DNA of 62,656 nt, counting the filler, from Basidioascus undulatus (Eukaryota): the NCBI GenBank assembly GCA_000826855.1. It is 19 parts of 19 records of this genome, joined end to end, with 100 filler letters (N's around TTAATTAATTAA, not from the genome) between each part and the next. Parts side by side here need not be neighbours in the genome. Positions count along the whole stretch, not along the records: positions 60,544 to 62,656 come from JTLS01002934.1; 18 more parts are not named here. One strand, 5' to 3'. Each line of letters starts with the position of its first letter. Position 1 is the stretch's first letter. Positions 60,444-62,656 of the stretch are shown piece by piece. The notes below the pieces were generated by a model that saw only the letters and a program-made list of their open reading frames with translations, was not told where the DNA came from and did not search any database. Both the position numbers and the translations under genes were made by a program.

Positions 60444-60554
60444 NNNNNNNNNNNNNNNNNNNNNNNNNNNNNNNNNNNNNNNNNNNNTTAATTAATTAAN
60501 NNNNNNNNNNNNNNNNNNNNNNNNNNNNNNNNNNNNNNNNNNNGTAAAAGTAAC

Positions 60555-60626
60555 GGGGGGCTGGCGCAATGGTAGCGCGTGCGACTCCAGATCGCAAGGT
60601 TATCCGTTCAAGTCGGGTGTCCCTCA
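60555..60626 (+). tRNA. tRNA-Trp(CCA), intronless
   Basis: GGGGGGC/GTCCCTC acceptor stem, GCGC D-stem, TGCGA-CTCCAGA-TCGCA anticodon arm, ATCCG-TTCAAGT-CGGGT T arm, and a TTTT terminator. Confidence 0.95.
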
Positions 60627-62407
60627 TACTTTTGCTGTTCTCTTTGGTTTTTAGGCAACAATGCGAACGAGGGCCGGCACTCTTTTGAGCCTGGTTCTGC
60701 GGCCGAGCTTCACCGTTATTGAGCACAAGACATTGATCTCATTTTGCACCAAGACTGTCGCGGACCGTGAGGCGGATGCAACAGCATGACCTTCTCCAGC
60801 TCGCTCATCATCCGTAGAGGCTACTTTGCCCATTGCCGCTTCTCGTCCCCCTCCAATCTTCCGACGGCGCTTCGAACGGGTATTTCTCATCATCAAGGTA
60901 CGGCTCGCTCTAAGCTCCAGGGCTTCCCTCGGCGGGGGCCTTCAAGTACAGACTACATCAACGCAGACCAGCCACGGACTGCATCAAGACGTGGCGATCG
61001 TAGCCCGAACGACATGGTACTGTGAGTTCTGTTTCCCCAACCGTCATGGACCGCGTTGTTCTCAAGCATCCAGCTCCACGTAGCATCAACATCCGCCCTG
61101 ATGAGCCAGCCATCGATGCCCGCCTTCCAGCCGGACAGCAAGCCTTTTAATTTTCTCAGATATGCGTCAGGCCAAAATCCCAACGATGCACCGTGCCATG
61201 CAGCATGGTGATCTCCGCTGCCCTGAGAAGTTTGACGTCGGTTGTTTGCCTGCACTGTGTCTCACCGACAAGACTAACCGTTACAAACTTTCTCGAAGTC
61301 CGCCTGAGAGTCTCCCAGACTTGCGACAGCAGGCCCGGGTGTTACGCTTCCACATCAGCCGCCGCCGCCCCACTACAATTGTAACCTTAGCTGTGTCTGG
61401 CCCAACTACCTCCGGTGTGTCGAGAAAAAGCGCAGATTGTCAGGACGACGTCAGGAGGAAGAAAGTCTAGTCAACGTCTCCACCACAGCGCTGCCGATTT
61501 GGAACACCAGGCAGCCACGTCTACCGACTTCCTCACGCACTCGCCTTGTCCCTGCATAACCTCAGAAGAAAGCTGTTCAGACAAGATCAAGTGAGTGAGC
61601 TGGTCGGGCAGGATGGAAGAGAAGGGACCATGCAACGGTAGCAAAAGGGGCTATGGGCTGGGCGAGACGACGCGTTCGGGCAGTGGGCAAACAGGAGATG
61701 CTGCATACGCGGTTTAGTGCGGGAACGAGTTCGGATGAACATGACGGCAGTGTTAACGACCAGTATAGACATGAACGGGAATTTATCATACACGGCCACG
61801 GCCAACAGACCAAGTTCGTCCATGTCCTAGCTGGGATGGCAAACGACTCCGCAACGAGCGATGAGAAACAGAAAAGCAGGTGCCCTGCCGCCCATATCCA
61901 ACCTGAATATTAATATGGCCCTTAACCACCTCCCGGATGATCAGTCAAATGCGCAGAACGTGTGGAAGTCCGTTCTGAGGAATGAGGAGGAAGTTCTTGC
62001 CAGTCATTCGAGGCCGTCAGCGAAAGCGCGGCCGACCACTCAGCCACCTGCGCAGCTGACCGACTCCCAAAGTCGACGAGGGTGTTTGATGTCTTCTTAA
62101 GGCTACGAGAAGAAGTGCGCTGCGAACGAGGACGAGAGAGGAACGAGGGCGATACGATGATGAGGGGGGGGCATTGCGCGCCGTCCTGCCTCCCTCCCAG
62201 CGATCTCCAGCCCCAACACGAGTTCAATACAACTACCAAAAAGCAACTCAAAATCCAATGCATATCAGACTCACTTGGTCCCGAGCAGCTTGGAGTAGGT
62301 GTATGTCCCTCCTGATGAGACTGGAACGCGTCGGGAGGCGAGATGCGCGCTGTCGCGATCGAAACGAGTAGGACGGGGCAACTCACACGCTCGCTCTCGC
62401 CTTGCAG

Positions 62408-62637
62408 ATCATGCCGCTCTAGATCTCCGCGCACTTGATGGCATCGACGTACGGCATCGCCGAGAAGGCGGCCGAGATCATCAAGACGCACTACAAGCAG
62501 ATTGCGATGGCCAGACGCCGACCGTCGGCGACCCCGACAGCTGCGCGGCAGCGACGTCGTCCGCCGGCGCAGACCAGGACTCGGGCGCCATGTCGAGCAC
62601 GACGCGGTCGATCATCATCGGCTGCGTGGTCGGTTGA
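62408..62637 (+). pseudogene. GMC oxidoreductase C-terminal exon relic
   Basis: After a CAG acceptor: IMPL*ISAHLMASTYGIAEKAAEIIK, with an in-frame TAG at 62420-62422. No upstream GMC domains are recognisable. Confidence 0.7.
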
Positions 62638-62656
62638 TCGAAAGTGAAGTGATGGG

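Noticed and set aside
2139..60543. Regularly spaced TTAATTAATTAA repeat every ~2.2 kb
   Set aside because: It is an artificial six-frame-stop linker embedded in Ns. The periodicity comes from contig sorting.
60555..60626. UGA-reading tRNA-Trp variant
   Set aside because: The anticodon stem is a normal 5 bp and the anticodon is CCA.
36417..60626. Functional linkage between the tRNAs, the RNA-repair-like gene and the kinases
   Set aside because: They lie on different contigs, so their adjacency is artificial.
62420..62422. Stop-codon reassignment (TAG read as Gln)
   Set aside because: TAG terminates apparently normal genes here (7183, 25128, 32614), and the fragment lacks the rest of the gene.

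Overview
This window comes from a GC-rich, intron-dense fungal draft genome. The gene set, GTRCGY donors and GCTGAC branch points suggest a basidiomycete, possibly Pucciniomycotina (inference). It is not one locus: 19 contigs are joined by an artificial 100-nt spacer (N44-TTAATTAATTAA-N44). Eighteen contigs are about 2.1 kb and fall in descending length order; one is 22.6 kb (6704-29332). Adjacency therefore only means something within a contig. The long contig carries the most striking arrangement. The normally fused eukaryotic 5-oxoprolinase (Oxp1/OPLAH) appears as two intact, spliced genes, a hydantoinase-A half and a hydantoinase-B half, placed head-to-head across 570 bp. They are followed by an ACS-family MFS transporter (22 introns), a TPR/F-box/LRR gene, a Zn2Cys6 regulator and a hAT-like MITE. 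The short contigs hold fragments of bioDA, cdc16, atf1, an auxin-efflux-carrier-like gene, a Gin4-like kinase with DWG, an Erf2-like C-terminus, casein kinase I, a 2H+PTP 'Swiss Army Knife' RNA-repair-type gene, GCP2 and Mlp1/TPR. They also hold tRNA-Asp, tRNA-Trp, a degenerate Copia element, CpG-depleted repeat relics, a GMC oxidoreductase pseudogene fragment, and a self-overlapping 2032-bp unit carrying a frameshifted F-box gene. All family calls rest on motif recognition by eye; no database searches were run.
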